In this document: piece after piece, positions 36,567-47,439 of the stretch
Layout: each line of letters starts with the position of its first letter
How positions within the stretch are numbered: position 1 is the stretch's first letter
DNA from: Escherichia coli
GTDB taxonomy: Bacteria > Pseudomonadota > Gammaproteobacteria > Enterobacterales > Enterobacteriaceae
Direction: 5' to 3' (one strand)
NCBI RefSeq assembly: GCF_022846255.1
Contig: NZ_AP025682.1
Length of the DNA stretch: 64,000 nt
Program-made: the position numbers and the translations under genes
The notes under the pieces: generated by a model
Database searches by the model: none
Told to the model about the DNA's origin: nothing
What the model saw: the letters and a program-made list of their open reading frames with translations, nothing else

Positions 36567-37793
36567 TTATCTCACCAGCTTTTCGGCACGCTGGTGTTTG
36601 GCCTGATACATATTGTGATCGGCAAGCTCTTGTAAATTTTCCGCAGAGGCGTGCTCAATAGTCATCGCGTAACCAATGCTTAATGTCATGGTAGTTTGAT
36701 GGCCATTATGAAGATCAAACGGGAGATTAAAAATTTGTGTCAGTGCTGAGCATATCTGCTGCACTTCAGATTCCGACTGTACATCATAGAGCACCATAGC
36801 GAATTCATCGCCGCCCAGGCGGTATGCTTTATGTCGCAGCCCGCCAAATTCAGCTAACCGTTTTGCTATTTCAATCAAGACTCTATCGCCCGTCGCATGA
36901 CCCCAGGTATCATTGATATATTTGAAATTATCGCCATCAAGAAATAGTAACGCCGACGTTTTTCGGGCATCGGAATTGTTCATCAACGTGTTGATGCCGC
37001 TACGAAACGCTGCGCGGTTAGCCAGCCCGGTTAATGGGTCATGTAGCGCGGTACGTAGAAGCTGCGCATTTTTGGCCTGTAAACGAAGCTGCCACTCTTC
37101 CATTTCATCCAGCAGACTGTTGAAGTCGAGAGCGAAGCGGTGAAACTCAGCGATACGTTCTTCCGAAACTCGTCGGGAAAAATTGCGGTTAGAACGCACA
37201 TCATGTACGACATCGGTGATATTTTTCAGCGCTTCCACCAGGCCATTGTGCAAATGGCGGGTGAGGGTAATTGCGATGCCTGATGCCAGCAGAATACAAC
37301 CGGTCAGGACAGCGAGCGAAAACCAGATAAAATGGCTGATTGAACTGTCGCGAGCAGTTAAGCGTACTTCGCCAATGGTTTCACCATTGTGGCGAATCGG
37401 CTGAATGATGGGGGCAGGGAAGAGCCAGTGGCTTATGAAATTGCTGAAAGTATCGCCTGGTTCCTTATGGGTGTAATGCCAGGATGCCAGAATATTTTGC
37501 TGCTTATCACGCACTTCTGCAGTTGAAAATTGGCCTTGCTGGCCCAGCGCTGCCAGTGTTTCAGTTGCTGCAGGGCCATCGGCAAAAACGACAGCTGCTT
37601 CCAGACTGTAAGTCATTGTTGCTGCTGTCAGTGCCAGGTTTTTTTGCGCGTATTGTTTCAGGGTTAGCACTGACGTCACGGAAAGCAGCAGCCAGATCAG
37701 CGTCATAGTGATAAATATGCTGGTCATGCTGATGTTGCGTAATGCTCTTTTAAACGTGGGGCGCTTATGAAGAGAATTATCGTTATCCATCAT
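36567..37793 (-). CDS. dgcN: Diguanylate cyclase DgcN/YfiN (408 aa)
   Basis: Two transmembrane segments, periplasmic domain, HAMP and C-terminal GGDEF domain (RLGGDEF). Confidence 0.9.
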   Translation of the reverse strand: MMDNDNSLHKRPTFKRALRNISMTSIFITMTLIWLLLSVTSVLTLKQYAQKNLALTAATMTYSLEAAVVFADGPAATETLAALGQQGQFSTAEVRDKQQNILASWHYTHKEPGDTFSNFISHWLFPAPIIQPIRHNGETIGEVRLTARDSSISHFIWFSLAVLTGCILLASGIAITLTRHLHNGLVEALKNITDVVHDVRSNRNFSRRVSEERIAEFHRFALDFNSLLDEMEEWQLRLQAKNAQLLRTALHDPLTGLANRAAFRSGINTLMNNSDARKTSALLFLDGDNFKYINDTWGHATGDRVLIEIAKRLAEFGGLRHKAYRLGGDEFAMVLYDVQSESEVQQICSALTQIFNLPFDLHNGHQTTMTLSIGYAMTIEHASAENLQELADHNMYQAKHQRAEKLVR

Positions 37794-38301
37794 TTTTCTT
37801 CCGTGCGAGCATTAAGACATCCGGGTTGACCTTTACACCGCTACGCGATAAGGCATCCAGGTTTACGGCAAATCTGACGTCATTATTGTGGATGATCAGA
37901 CAAAAGGCGCTACCAATAATGCACTCGGTATTTTGTTCGGCAATTAATAATAACGCCTTTGACGGATATTGTTCGGTTAATTCCATCTGGAATGTCGGTG
38001 ACTCGTTGCCAAAATAAAAACCATTGCAGCCTGAAATTATCGCCTCTTGTTGAGTATGAATGATGACAGGCAGATAAGGTAAAGATGTAGCAGCATTTTC
38101 TTGTAAGGCGGTACTAAAACGTGAAGATGAAAAGATACATAACTTTGGTGGCCCTGATAGCCCAGGCCAGCGGGTGTAACTGACAATACCGGAAACCATC
38201 ATACGCACGTTTTTCGCAACGTCAGAAGGTTCCTGAGCGAGTATTGGTGCTCCCGTCAGCAGGAGAATCAGCAGTAAGAACAGTCGGTGAGAAAAACGCA
38301 T
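37783..38301 (-). CDS. yfiR: Periplasmic repressor of DgcN, YfiR (172 aa)
   Basis: Signal peptide; overlaps the dgcN start by 11 nt; first gene of yfiRNB. Confidence 0.9.
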   Translation of the reverse strand: MRFSHRLFLLLILLLTGAPILAQEPSDVAKNVRMMVSGIVSYTRWPGLSGPPKLCIFSSSRFSTALQENAATSLPYLPVIIHTQQEAIISGCNGFYFGNESPTFQMELTEQYPSKALLLIAEQNTECIIGSAFCLIIHNNDVRFAVNLDALSRSGVKVNPDVLMLARKKNDG

Positions 38302-38449
38302 TCAGGGATCCTCACCATCTTCGCTCGAAATGCATCGATATTTTTTCAGAATGCTCATTAAAATATCATCCTTTCATGCGGTCGTCATCAATGTGAGAAA
38401 TAAAACATAATGAGTAAAATCTCATGCTTAATTGATTTTGGGGGGGTAA

Positions 38450-38815
38450 TTAATTTAATCGTATTGTGCTGGCATTTTCATCAGCCCCTTTTCGCCATAC
38501 TTCATGCAGTTGGCTGGCATTTTCAACATTATTGCAGCTGGCAGGAAAGCTTTTACCAGAAAGTCCCCGGGCATAAGTAAAATCGGTCTGGCAAGTTTTC
38601 TTTTGCCCTTCGGCATATCCTTTAAGGTATAGACCGCGATCCGCCTGTGAATCGCTAAATGCATCGTCATCTTTAATGGCGCTGCCCGATATCGCATCTT
38701 CCATACCAACATCATACCAGTCGGTGCTGGTCAAGGTTGGCGCGTGAGTATAAGGATCAATCTGACATCCGCTAACCAGTAAAGCCAACAAGGGGGCGAT
38801 AAATTTTTTCATCAT
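38450..38815 (-). CDS. yfiL: Lipoprotein YfiL (121 aa)
   Basis: Signal peptide with lipobox LVSGC; start set at MMKKFIAP... Confidence 0.75.
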   Translation of the reverse strand: MMKKFIAPLLALLVSGCQIDPYTHAPTLTSTDWYDVGMEDAISGSAIKDDDAFSDSQADRGLYLKGYAEGQKKTCQTDFTYARGLSGKSFPASCNNVENASQLHEVWRKGADENASTIRLN

Positions 38816-38860
38816 TTCTTTCTCCTTTTTCAAAGCATAGCGGATTGTTTTTAAAGCTGG

Positions 38861-38930
38861 TGTAAATTTATTTATACAGAAATAAGGGGAAAAAGCGCGA
38901 ATAAATTGCTTATGTAAAGAAATATGTACG
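38861..38930. promoter_or_regulatory. TyrR boxes in the aroF-tyrA promoter
   Basis: TGTAAATTTATTTATACA (38861-38878) and TGTAAAGAAATATGTACG (38913-38930) fit TGTAAA-N6-TTTACA; a weaker third box may lie at 38941-38960. Confidence 0.65.
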
Positions 38931-39024
38931 AAATATGGATTGAAAACTTTACTTTATGTGTTATCGTTACGTCATCCTCGCTGAGGATCAACTATCGCAA
39001 ACGAGCATAAACAGGATCGCCATC

Positions 39025-40095
39025 ATGCAGAAAGACGCGCTGAATAACGTACATATTACCGCCGAACAGGTTTTAATGACTCCGGAACAACTGAAGGCCG
39101 CTTTTCCATTAAGCCTGCAACAAGAAGCCCAGATTGCTGACTCGCGTAAAACCATTTCAGATATTATCGCCGGGCGCGATCCTCGTCTGCTGGTAGTATG
39201 TGGTCCTTGTTCCATTCATGATCCGGAAACTGCTCTGGAATATGCTCGTCGATTTAAAGCCCTTGCCGCAGAGGTCAGCGATAGCCTCTATCTGGTAATG
39301 CGCGTCTATTTTGAAAAACCCCGTACCACTGTCGGCTGGAAAGGGTTAATTAACGATCCCCATATGGATGGCTCTTTTGATGTAGAAGCCGGGCTGCAGA
39401 TCGCGCGTAAATTGCTGCTTGAGCTGGTGAATATGGGACTGCCACTGGCGACGGAAGCGTTAGATCCGAATAGCCCGCAATACCTGGGCGATCTGTTTAG
39501 CTGGTCAGCAATTGGTGCTCGTACAACGGAATCGCAAACTCACCGTGAAATGGCCTCCGGGCTTTCCATGCCGGTTGGTTTTAAAAACGGCACCGACGGC
39601 AGTCTGGCAACGGCAATTAACGCTATGCGTGCCGCCGCCCAGCCGCACCGTTTTGTTGGCATTAACCAGGCAGGGCAGGTTGCGTTGCTACAAACTCAGG
39701 GGAATCCGGACGGGCATGTGATCCTGCGCGGTGGTAAAGCGCCAAACTATAGCCCTGCGGATGTTGCGCAATGTGAAAAAGAGATGGAACAGGCGGGACT
39801 GCGCCCGTCTCTGATGGTAGATTGCAGCCACGGTAATTCCAATAAAGATTATCGCCGTCAGCCTGCGGTGGCAGAATCCGTGGTTGCTCAAATCAAAGAT
39901 GGCAATCGCTCAATTATTGGTCTGATGATCGAAAGTAATATCCACGAGGGCAATCAGTCTTCCGAGCAACCGCGCAGTGAAATGAAATACGGTGTATCCG
40001 TAACCGATGCCTGCATTAGCTGGGAAATGACCGATGCCTTGCTGCGTGAAATTCATCAGGATCTGAACGGGCAGCTGACGGCTCGCGTGGCTTAA
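39025..40095 (+). CDS. aroF: Tyr-sensitive DAHP synthase AroF (356 aa)
   Basis: Translation recognised; start at [11 protein letters not shown]..., 23 codons inside the ORF-track start. Confidence 0.95.
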   Translation: MQKDALNNVHITAEQVLMTPEQLKAAFPLSLQQEAQIADSRKTISDIIAGRDPRLLVVCGPCSIHDPETALEYARRFKALAAEVSDSLYLVMRVYFEKPRTTVGWKGLINDPHMDGSFDVEAGLQIARKLLLELVNMGLPLATEALDPNSPQYLGDLFSWSAIGARTTESQTHREMASGLSMPVGFKNGTDGSLATAINAMRAAAQPHRFVGINQAGQVALLQTQGNPDGHVILRGGKAPNYSPADVAQCEKEMEQAGLRPSLMVDCSHGNSNKDYRRQPAVAESVVAQIKDGNRSIIGLMIESNIHEGNQSSEQPRSEMKYGVSVTDACISWEMTDALLREIHQDLNGQLTARVA

Positions 40096-40105
40096 GAGGT
40101 TTATT

Positions 40106-41227
40106 ATGGTTGCTGAATTGACCGCATTACGCGATCAAATTGATGAAGTCGATAAAGCGCTGCTGAATTTATTAGCGAAGCGTCTGGAACTGGTTGCTGA
40201 AGTGGGCGAGGTGAAAAGCCGCTTTGGACTGCCTATTTATGTTCCGGAGCGCGAGGCATCTATGTTGGCCTCGCGTCGTGCAGAGGCGGAAGCTCTGGGT
40301 GTACCGCCAGATCTGATTGAGGATGTTTTGCGTCGGGTGATGCGTGAATCTTACTCCAGTGAAAACGACAAAGGATTTAAAACGCTTTGTCCGTCACTGC
40401 GCCCGGTGGTTATCGTCGGTGGTGGCGGTCAGATGGGACGTCTGTTCGAGAAGATGCTGACACTCTCGGGTTATCAGGTGCGGATTCTGGAGCAACATGA
40501 CTGGGATCGAGCGGCTGATATTGTTTCCGATGCCGGAATGGTGATTGTTAGTGTGCCCATCCACGTTACTGAGCAAGTTATCGGCAAATTACCGCCTTTA
40601 CCGAAAGATTGTATTCTGGTTGATCTGGCATCGGTGAAAAATGGACCATTACAGGCCATGCTGGCGGCGCACGATGGCCCGGTGCTGGGGTTACACCCGA
40701 TGTTCGGCCCGGACAGCGGTAGCCTGGCAAAGCAAGTTGTGGTCTGGTGTGATGGACGTAAGCCGGAAGCATACCAATGGTTTCTGGAGCAAATTCAGGT
40801 CTGGGGCGCTCGGTTGCATCGTATTAGCGCTGTCGAGCACGATCAGAATATGGCGTTTATTCAGGCTCTGCGCCACTTTGCTACTTTTGCTTATGGGCTG
40901 CACCTGGCAGAAGAAAATGTTCAGCTTGAGCAACTACTGGCGCTCTCTTCGCCGATTTACCGCCTTGAGCTGGCGATGGTCGGGCGACTGTTTGCTCAGG
41001 ATCCGCAGCTTTATGCCGACATTATTATGTCGTCAGAGCGTAATCTGGCGTTAATCAAACGTTACTATAAGCGTTTCGGCGAGGCGATTGAGCTGCTGGA
41101 GCAGGGCGATAAGCAGGCGTTTATTGACAGTTTCCGCAAGGTGGAGCACTGGTTCGGCGATTACGCACAGCGTTTTCAGAGTGAAAGCCGCGTGTTATTG
41201 CGTCAGGCGAATGACAATCGCCAGTAA
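40106..41227 (+). CDS. tyrA: Bifunctional chorismate mutase / prephenate dehydrogenase TyrA (373 aa)
   Basis: Translation recognised; 10 bp downstream of aroF. Confidence 0.95.
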   Translation: MVAELTALRDQIDEVDKALLNLLAKRLELVAEVGEVKSRFGLPIYVPEREASMLASRRAEAEALGVPPDLIEDVLRRVMRESYSSENDKGFKTLCPSLRPVVIVGGGGQMGRLFEKMLTLSGYQVRILEQHDWDRAADIVSDAGMVIVSVPIHVTEQVIGKLPPLPKDCILVDLASVKNGPLQAMLAAHDGPVLGLHPMFGPDSGSLAKQVVVWCDGRKPEAYQWFLEQIQVWGARLHRISAVEHDQNMAFIQALRHFATFAYGLHLAEENVQLEQLLALSSPIYRLELAMVGRLFAQDPQLYADIIMSSERNLALIKRYYKRFGEAIELLEQGDKQAFIDSFRKVEHWFGDYAQRFQSESRVLLRQANDNRQ

Positions 41228-41269
41228 TAATCCAGTGCCGGATGATTCACATCATCCGGCACTTTTTCA

Positions 41270-42430
41270 TCAGGTTGGATCAACAGGCACTACGTTCTCA
41301 CTTGGGTAACAGCCCAATACCTTCATCGAACGGGTGATTTCCCCTAACTCTTTCAATGCTTTTTGCATTTCCGCTGATTCAAGATTGGCCTGAATATCCA
41401 GATAAAACATCTCTTCCCACGGATTACCGTGAATCGGACGTGATTCCAGACGGGTCATAATCAGACTGTGATTGCGCAGTACCAGCAACGCTTCAACCAG
41501 TGCACCAGCTTGTTGTCCGGTCGCCATTAACAACGTCGTTTTCGCCGGAACCTGGTCAGAAACGTTAATGGCTTTACGTGCCAACACCACAAATCGGGTG
41601 AAGTTTTGTCGCTGATTCGCTTCAATACGCTCCAGTACCTGCAAACCGTACAAAGTGCCGCCAGCTTCGCTTCCCAACGCAGCAACATGCGGTGATTTTG
41701 CCTGTGCAACCTTTTCCATTGCCGCAGACGTACTTTCGGTATATTCAATCTTCCAGTGCGGATAACGATTAAGGAATTTGCTGCATTGCTGGAATGGCTG
41801 CGGATGGCTGTAGACCGTATTGATGGCGGATAAATCAGTAGTGCCGGAGACCAACAAACAATGATCGATAGTTAACGTCATCTCGCCAACAATCGACAAA
41901 CTGGTATGTTGCAGCAGATCGTAAACGTCGTTTATGGCACCGGAGCTGGTATTTTCAATCGGTACGACGGCATAGTCGGCCTGGCCGGTTTCCACCTGAT
42001 TAAAAATATCGGCAAATTTGGCGCAGCCACTTTCAATGAATTGCTCAAAGTGACGAGCAGCATACTGGCGCGCCGCAAGATGGGAATAAGAACCTTTGGG
42101 GCCGAGAAAAGCGATGCGTGCTGAGTGCGGATTAATTTTATTGAGATGTTGTTGGAGCAAAGCCTGCTGAGTTAATACGGAATCTTCAATGATGAGCTGG
42201 AACAGGCGAGTAATGTAATGGGCGTCCAGATGGTGCGCTTTACCGAGCGTAATTAATCTTTCCAGCAAATCGCGTTCACGATCAATATCACGTACCGGGC
42301 GATGCGAGAGCAGTTTGGCTTTTCCCACCTCGACGGCCAGTTCGCGTCGCTCTGCCAGTAATGCTAATAATTTTTCATCCAGCGCGCTGATTTTCTCTCG
42401 CAGCGCCAGTAACGGGTTTTCCGATGTCAT
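41270..42430 (-). CDS. pheA: Bifunctional chorismate mutase / prephenate dehydratase PheA (386 aa)
   Basis: Translation recognised; convergent with tyrA. Confidence 0.95.
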   Translation of the reverse strand: MTSENPLLALREKISALDEKLLALLAERRELAVEVGKAKLLSHRPVRDIDRERDLLERLITLGKAHHLDAHYITRLFQLIIEDSVLTQQALLQQHLNKINPHSARIAFLGPKGSYSHLAARQYAARHFEQFIESGCAKFADIFNQVETGQADYAVVPIENTSSGAINDVYDLLQHTSLSIVGEMTLTIDHCLLVSGTTDLSAINTVYSHPQPFQQCSKFLNRYPHWKIEYTESTSAAMEKVAQAKSPHVAALGSEAGGTLYGLQVLERIEANQRQNFTRFVVLARKAINVSDQVPAKTTLLMATGQQAGALVEALLVLRNHSLIMTRLESRPIHGNPWEEMFYLDIQANLESAEMQKALKELGEITRSMKVLGCYPSENVVPVDPT

Positions 42431-42454
42431 AGTGTTGCCTTTTTGTTATCAATA

Positions 42455-42482
42455 AAAAAGGCCCCCCGATTTGGGAGGCCTT
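42455..42482 (-). terminator. pheA attenuator (leader terminator)
   Basis: Minus strand AAGGCCTCCC-AAATC-GGGGGGCCTT followed by TTTTTTATT, between pheL and pheA. Confidence 0.8.
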
Positions 42483-42528
42483 ATTGTTCGTCTTCGCATT
42501 CTGTTTCACACGACGAAACGCCTCCCAT

Positions 42529-42576
42529 TCAGGGGAAGGTAAAAAAGAATGCGAAGAAAAACGGTGTGTGTTTCAT
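42529..42576 (-). CDS. pheL: pheA leader peptide PheL (15 aa, 7 Phe codons)
   Basis: Minus strand ATG AAA CAC ACA CCG TTT TTC TTC GCA TTC TTT TTT ACC TTC CCC TGA = [15 protein letters not shown]. Confidence 0.85.
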   Translation of the reverse strand: [15 protein letters not shown]

Positions 42577-42679
42577 GTTTGTTTCCTTAAGTGACTTTAG
42601 TACAGTACCCGTACTGTTTTCACGCTGTCAACAAAAAACGCGCCCGAAGGCGCGTTGGCGATACACTCAATATAAAGGA

Positions 42680-43075
<396 letters not shown>

Positions 43076-43254
43076 TCAAAATGTGTGATGGAAATCTCAT
43101 AATTTTGTCACTTTTTGTCAACGAATCTTTTTTGTGAGAAATCGCAGGAAGAGGTGTTTTTTTACTTGAGGAATATCTCAAAGCGAGCCATATTTGATGA
43201 GATCGATAGTGACTAAATCGCTTCAGTTTCACAACTAACAGAATAAAAAAACGG

Positions 43255-43267
43255 CAGCTCAAGGCTG
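43255..43267. repeat. 13-bp target-site duplication, left copy (CAGCTCAAGGCTG)
   Basis: Identical 13-mer abuts both ends of the IS4 element. Confidence 0.85.
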
Positions 43268-44693
43268 TAATGCCAGTCAGTTAAGCAACTGACTGGCTCT
43301 TTTTCGGGGCTGTGGGGTATTTCCAGGGCCTCTCCTTTACCACTCTCGGGAAGGCCCTTTCCCTTCTTGTCGGTAATTTCACAAGTTGTCCCATACTTGC
43401 AAGATCGCGCATCAGCTCCGGTATACGTCCCGGTGAAGCGCCCTGCAATGTCATCAGCATTCTCATCACCATTCCACATGATTCTGAGAAACTCAGTTGA
43501 TTCGGCCAGTAACCTTTCAGATGTTCCGCCATTTTAATCATCTGATATCTCACCAGATTATAAGCCAGTAAGACACCCCACAGCTCTTGCTCCACAAGCT
43601 CCGGTTTTTTACTTCTCAGCGTCAGCCTGCTCAGTTGCATCGTCTGTTTTATCTCCCTGTATCCCAGTTCGATTTCCCAGCGATGACTGTACAGATCCGC
43701 CATTTCTCCTCCGGGGAAGCGCATGGCGTCCGTCATCGACGTCAGCAGATGGCAGACTTTTCCTTTGCGCGTCACGGTCAGCAGGCGGGCTGTCACTTCA
43801 TTTCCCAGTCCCGGCCACTTTTTTCGTGCCTGCGGGCTGGTTTTCAGCTTCACCAGATGATCGCCTTTACCCAGTTTTCTGATCTCTTCATATTGCGCTC
43901 CCTTTCTGAGAGGTATCATCCAGTGGCGGTGTTCTCCCGCCAGGCTCCAGGCATTTAACAGTCCCAGTGAGTAATAACCTTTATCCATTAACGTCAGAGT
44001 GTTATCGCCGGTTTGTTCTATAAGTTGCTCAGCAAGCTCATTTTCGCTGTTCTTCATCGTGCCGAAGGCTGCAGCCGTCAGCAGATGGCTGGTCAGTTCC
44101 ATCTGGCAGACCATTTTGACCTGCGGGTAGAGCGCCGGGTTCCCGGCATGTGTCTGGCGGGGGAAGGCTGCATCGTTCTCTGGTGTATCCGGTGTGCGCC
44201 AGAACACACCATCGATGGCCAGCAGGGTCAGGCCGCACCAGTGCGGATGCGGCGTGGCGTTATGCCAGAGCTGCGCTGTTTTCGTGAACACGCGGCGGAC
44301 AGCCTCACTTCCCAGGCGCTGGCGGGCCTGAATAACGGCACTGGGGGCAACGAAGGGGCGATTGCCCGGCAGCATGATGTCCAGGCGATTCACAATCTGG
44401 TGAAGAGGTTCTTTACGCTCAAGCGCCATGCCAACAATACACCAGACCATCATTTCGAGGGGAAGACGGCGCTTGCGTAGCGTTACAGTACCTGATTCGG
44501 CAAGGCAACGAGAGATGAGTTCGGGGTCGAGGTAATCCCCCAGAGAAGTCAGTGGGTTACGCAGAGAATCGTAACGGGATACCAGATCAAGAGCCTGTCC
44601 AATGTGCATAAAAAAATCCGGAAACAAGTGAGCGTTTCCGGATTCTTACACAGCCACTGGATCGGTCAACTGATCCTTAACTGATCGGCATTA
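43268..44693 (-). mobile_element. Insertion sequence IS4, complete (1426 bp)
   Basis: 18-bp terminal inverted repeats TAATGCCAGTCAGTTAAG / TAATGCCGATCAGTTAAG (16/18), one transposase ORF, 13-bp flanking direct repeats; length and ends match IS4 as I recall it. Confidence 0.9.
43281..44609 (-). CDS. insG: IS4 transposase InsG (442 aa)
   Basis: Translation [19 protein letters not shown]... recognised as IS4 transposase; DDE motif with the Y-x2-R-x3-E-x6-K signature ([13 protein letters not shown]). Confidence 0.9.
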   Translation of the reverse strand: MHIGQALDLVSRYDSLRNPLTSLGDYLDPELISRCLAESGTVTLRKRRLPLEMMVWCIVGMALERKEPLHQIVNRLDIMLPGNRPFVAPSAVIQARQRLGSEAVRRVFTKTAQLWHNATPHPHWCGLTLLAIDGVFWRTPDTPENDAAFPRQTHAGNPALYPQVKMVCQMELTSHLLTAAAFGTMKNSENELAEQLIEQTGDNTLTLMDKGYYSLGLLNAWSLAGEHRHWMIPLRKGAQYEEIRKLGKGDHLVKLKTSPQARKKWPGLGNEVTARLLTVTRKGKVCHLLTSMTDAMRFPGGEMADLYSHRWEIELGYREIKQTMQLSRLTLRSKKPELVEQELWGVLLAYNLVRYQMIKMAEHLKGYWPNQLSFSESCGMVMRMLMTLQGASPGRIPELMRDLASMGQLVKLPTRRERAFPRVVKERPWKYPTAPKKSQSVA

Positions 44694-44706
44694 CAGCTCA
44701 AGGCTG
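44694..44706. repeat. 13-bp target-site duplication, right copy (CAGCTCAAGGCTG)
   Basis: Identical to 43255-43267. Confidence 0.85.
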
Positions 44707-44729
44707 CCGTTTTGTGTTTCAGGTTTCTG

Positions 44730-45467
44730 TTATGTATTGCTGCTGTTTGCGGCGATGATTTTCGCTACTTTTTCAGCTTGCGCATTCATCTGCATCTGAC
44801 GGTATGCATTTTCCATCAGCGGCAGCGCATCACGCGTAGCCTGGGTATCCGGATAGTCGCGCAACATGCCTTCTACGCGGTTAACGACAGCAACCCATGC
44901 ACCACGTTCTGTATAATACTCGGCAACGGAGTATTCATATTTCGCCAGACGATCTTTCAGGAATACCAGACGTTTGGTGGCATCGGTGGTGTACTGACTG
45001 TTCGGATAGCCGCGCACCAGTTTGGAAAAGTCACTAAACGCAGCTCGTGCATGTTGAGGATCGCGATCGCTACGGTCAACGCCAAAGAACCCTTGCAGCG
45101 CACTGTCATCCAGCGCCATATTGGTCAGGCCACGCATGTACATGACATAATCGATATTCGGATGGGTCGGGTTAAGGCGAATAAAACGATCGATGGCAGC
45201 CTGTGCTAACGGCAAATCGGCGTTTTTATAGTAGGCGTAGATGAGATCCAGCTGCACCTGCTGCGAATACGGACCAAACGGATAGCGATTATCTAACGCT
45301 TCCAGTTGCGTTATTGCCTGTCTCCAGTTACCGTCCTGCAGCTTTTGTTGTGCAGTCGCGTAAATTTCATTTGGCGGATTATCAGGTACTTCTTCCTTTG
45401 ACCCCGAGCAACCCGCCAAAAACAGGCTTAGTGTGGCGGCTGCCACCAGATATTTCATGCGCGTCAT
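44730..45467 (-). CDS. bamD: Outer-membrane assembly lipoprotein BamD (YfiO, 245 aa)
   Basis: Lipobox LAGCSG and TPR-like repeats; translation recognised. Confidence 0.95.
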
Positions 45468-45601
45468 GACGTTTTGACTTTCCTCAAAATGTAATACGGG
45501 AGATTCTCTGTTCCTGCTCCCGGTTAAGACCAGCTACAATAGCACACTATATTAAACGGCAAAGCCGTAAAACCCCAACGATAAACGAAGAAGCAGTATA
45601 T

Positions 45602-46582
45602 ATGGCACAACGAGTACAGCTCACTGCAACGGTGTCCGAAAACCAACTCGGTCAACGCTTAGATCAGGCTTTGGCCGAAATGTTCCCGGATTATTCACGT
45701 TCGCGAATAAAAGAATGGATCCTCGACCAGCGCGTGCTGGTTAACGGCAAAGTTTGTGATAAGCCGAAAGAAAAAGTATTGGGTGGCGAGCAGGTGGCCA
45801 TCAACGCTGAGATTGAAGAAGAAGCGCGTTTTGAACCGCAGGATATCCCGCTGGATATCGTCTATGAAGATGAAGATATCATCGTCATTAATAAACCGCG
45901 CGACCTGGTGGTACATCCTGGCGCGGGTAACCCGGATGGTACGGTACTGAATGCGTTGCTTCATTACTATCCGCCCATTGCCGATGTACCGCGTGCGGGC
46001 ATCGTCCATCGTCTGGATAAAGACACCACCGGCCTGATGGTTGTGGCAAAAACCGTTCCGGCTCAGACGCGTTTAGTCGAATCTTTGCAACGGCGTGAAA
46101 TTACTCGTGAGTATGAAGCGGTGGCAATTGGTCATATGACCGCTGGCGGTACAGTAGATGAACCAATCAGCCGCCACCCGACCAAACGTACTCACATGGC
46201 GGTGCATCCGATGGGTAAACCGGCGGTCACTCACTATCGCATCATGGAACACTTCCGTGTGCACACGCGTCTGCGGTTGCGTCTGGAAACTGGACGTACG
46301 CACCAGATCCGCGTGCATATGGCCCATATCACTCATCCGCTGGTGGGCGATCCGGTTTATGGTGGCCGTCCGCGTCCGCCAAAAGGTGCTTCGGAAGCGT
46401 TTATCTCCACGCTGCGTAAGTTTGACCGCCAGGCGCTTCATGCAACCATGCTGCGTCTTTATCACCCGATCTCCGGTATCGAAATGGAATGGCATGCGCC
46501 TATTCCACAAGATATGGTGGAGCTGATTGAGGTGATGCGCGCCGATTTCGAAGAGCATAAGGATGAAGTGGACTGGTTATGA
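45602..46582 (+). CDS. rluD: 23S rRNA pseudouridine synthase RluD (326 aa)
   Basis: S4 domain plus RluA-family catalytic motif (HRLDKDTTGLMVVAK); translation recognised. Confidence 0.95.
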   Translation: MAQRVQLTATVSENQLGQRLDQALAEMFPDYSRSRIKEWILDQRVLVNGKVCDKPKEKVLGGEQVAINAEIEEEARFEPQDIPLDIVYEDEDIIVINKPRDLVVHPGAGNPDGTVLNALLHYYPPIADVPRAGIVHRLDKDTTGLMVVAKTVPAQTRLVESLQRREITREYEAVAIGHMTAGGTVDEPISRHPTKRTHMAVHPMGKPAVTHYRIMEHFRVHTRLRLRLETGRTHQIRVHMAHITHPLVGDPVYGGRPRPPKGASEAFISTLRKFDRQALHATMLRLYHPISGIEMEWHAPIPQDMVELIEVMRADFEEHKDEVDWL

Positions 46583-47310
46583 GTAAGCTGATTGTCCCGC
46601 AGTGGCCGCTGCCAAAAGGTGTTGCGGCCTGTAGCTCTACCCGTATCGGCGGCGTGAGCTTGCCGCCTTACGACTCTCTCAACCTTGGCGCTCATTGTGG
46701 TGATAACCCGGATCACGTTGAGGAGAATCGCAAGCGACTTTTTGCTGCGGGCAATTTGCCTTCTAAACCGGTCTGGCTTGAGCAGGTACACGGCAAAGAT
46801 GTGCTTAAGCTTACTGGTGAACCTTATGCCTCAAAACGAGCAGATGCCTCTTATAGCAATACGCCCGGCACGGTTTGCGCAGTGATGACTGCCGATTGCC
46901 TCCCTGTGCTGTTTTGCAATCGAGCGGGAACGGAAGTCGCCGCCGCTCATGCTGGCTGGCGTGGACTGTGCGCAGGCGTGCTGGAAGAGACGGTTTCCTG
47001 TTTTGCTGATAATCCGGAAAATATTCTCGCCTGGTTAGGGCCGGCAATTGGTCCACGCGCGTTTGAAGTGGGGGCGGAGGTTCGCGAGGCGTTTATGGCA
47101 GTAGACGCCAAAGCGAGTACAGCTTTCATTCAGCATGGTGATAAGTATCTGGCGGATATTTATCAGCTTGCCCGGCAGCGTCTGGCGAGCGTTGGTGTTG
47201 AACAAATTTTCGGCGGCGACCGTTGTACATATACGGAAAATGAGACTTTCTTCTCTTATCGTCGCGACAAGACCACCGGTCGTATGGCAAGTTTCATTTG
47301 GCTGATATAA
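46579..47310 (+). CDS. pgeF: Purine nucleoside phosphorylase / peptidoglycan editing factor PgeF (YfiH, 243 aa)
   Basis: Translation recognised; overlaps the rluD stop by 4 nt. Confidence 0.9.
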   Translation: MSKLIVPQWPLPKGVAACSSTRIGGVSLPPYDSLNLGAHCGDNPDHVEENRKRLFAAGNLPSKPVWLEQVHGKDVLKLTGEPYASKRADASYSNTPGTVCAVMTADCLPVLFCNRAGTEVAAAHAGWRGLCAGVLEETVSCFADNPENILAWLGPAIGPRAFEVGAEVREAFMAVDAKASTAFIQHGDKYLADIYQLARQRLASVGVEQIFGGDRCTYTENETFFSYRRDKTTGRMASFIWLI

Positions 47311-47373
47311 CCTAAAGAATCAAGACGATCCGGTACGCGTGATTTTCTTTTCACATTAATCTGGTCAATAACC

Positions 47374-47401
47374 TTGAATAATTGAGGGATGACCTCATTT
47401 A
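47374..47401 (+). promoter_or_regulatory. clpB sigma32 heat-shock promoter
   Basis: CTTGAA (47374-47379), 13-bp spacer, CCTCATTTA (47393-47401), about 40 bp upstream of the clpB ATG. Confidence 0.65.
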
Positions 47402-47439
47402 ATCTCCAGTAGCAACTTTGATCCGTTATGGGAGGAGTT

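Noticed and set aside
43281-44627. First impression that the transposase between raiA and bamD was IS186
   Set aside because: The element is 1426 bp with TAATGCC...TCAGTTAAG 18-bp ends, 13-bp target duplication and a 442-aa transposase starting [10 protein letters not shown], all of which fit IS4 rather than IS186 (about 1.34 kb, different ends). The ORF-track start MFPDFF... is a 6-codon over-extension.
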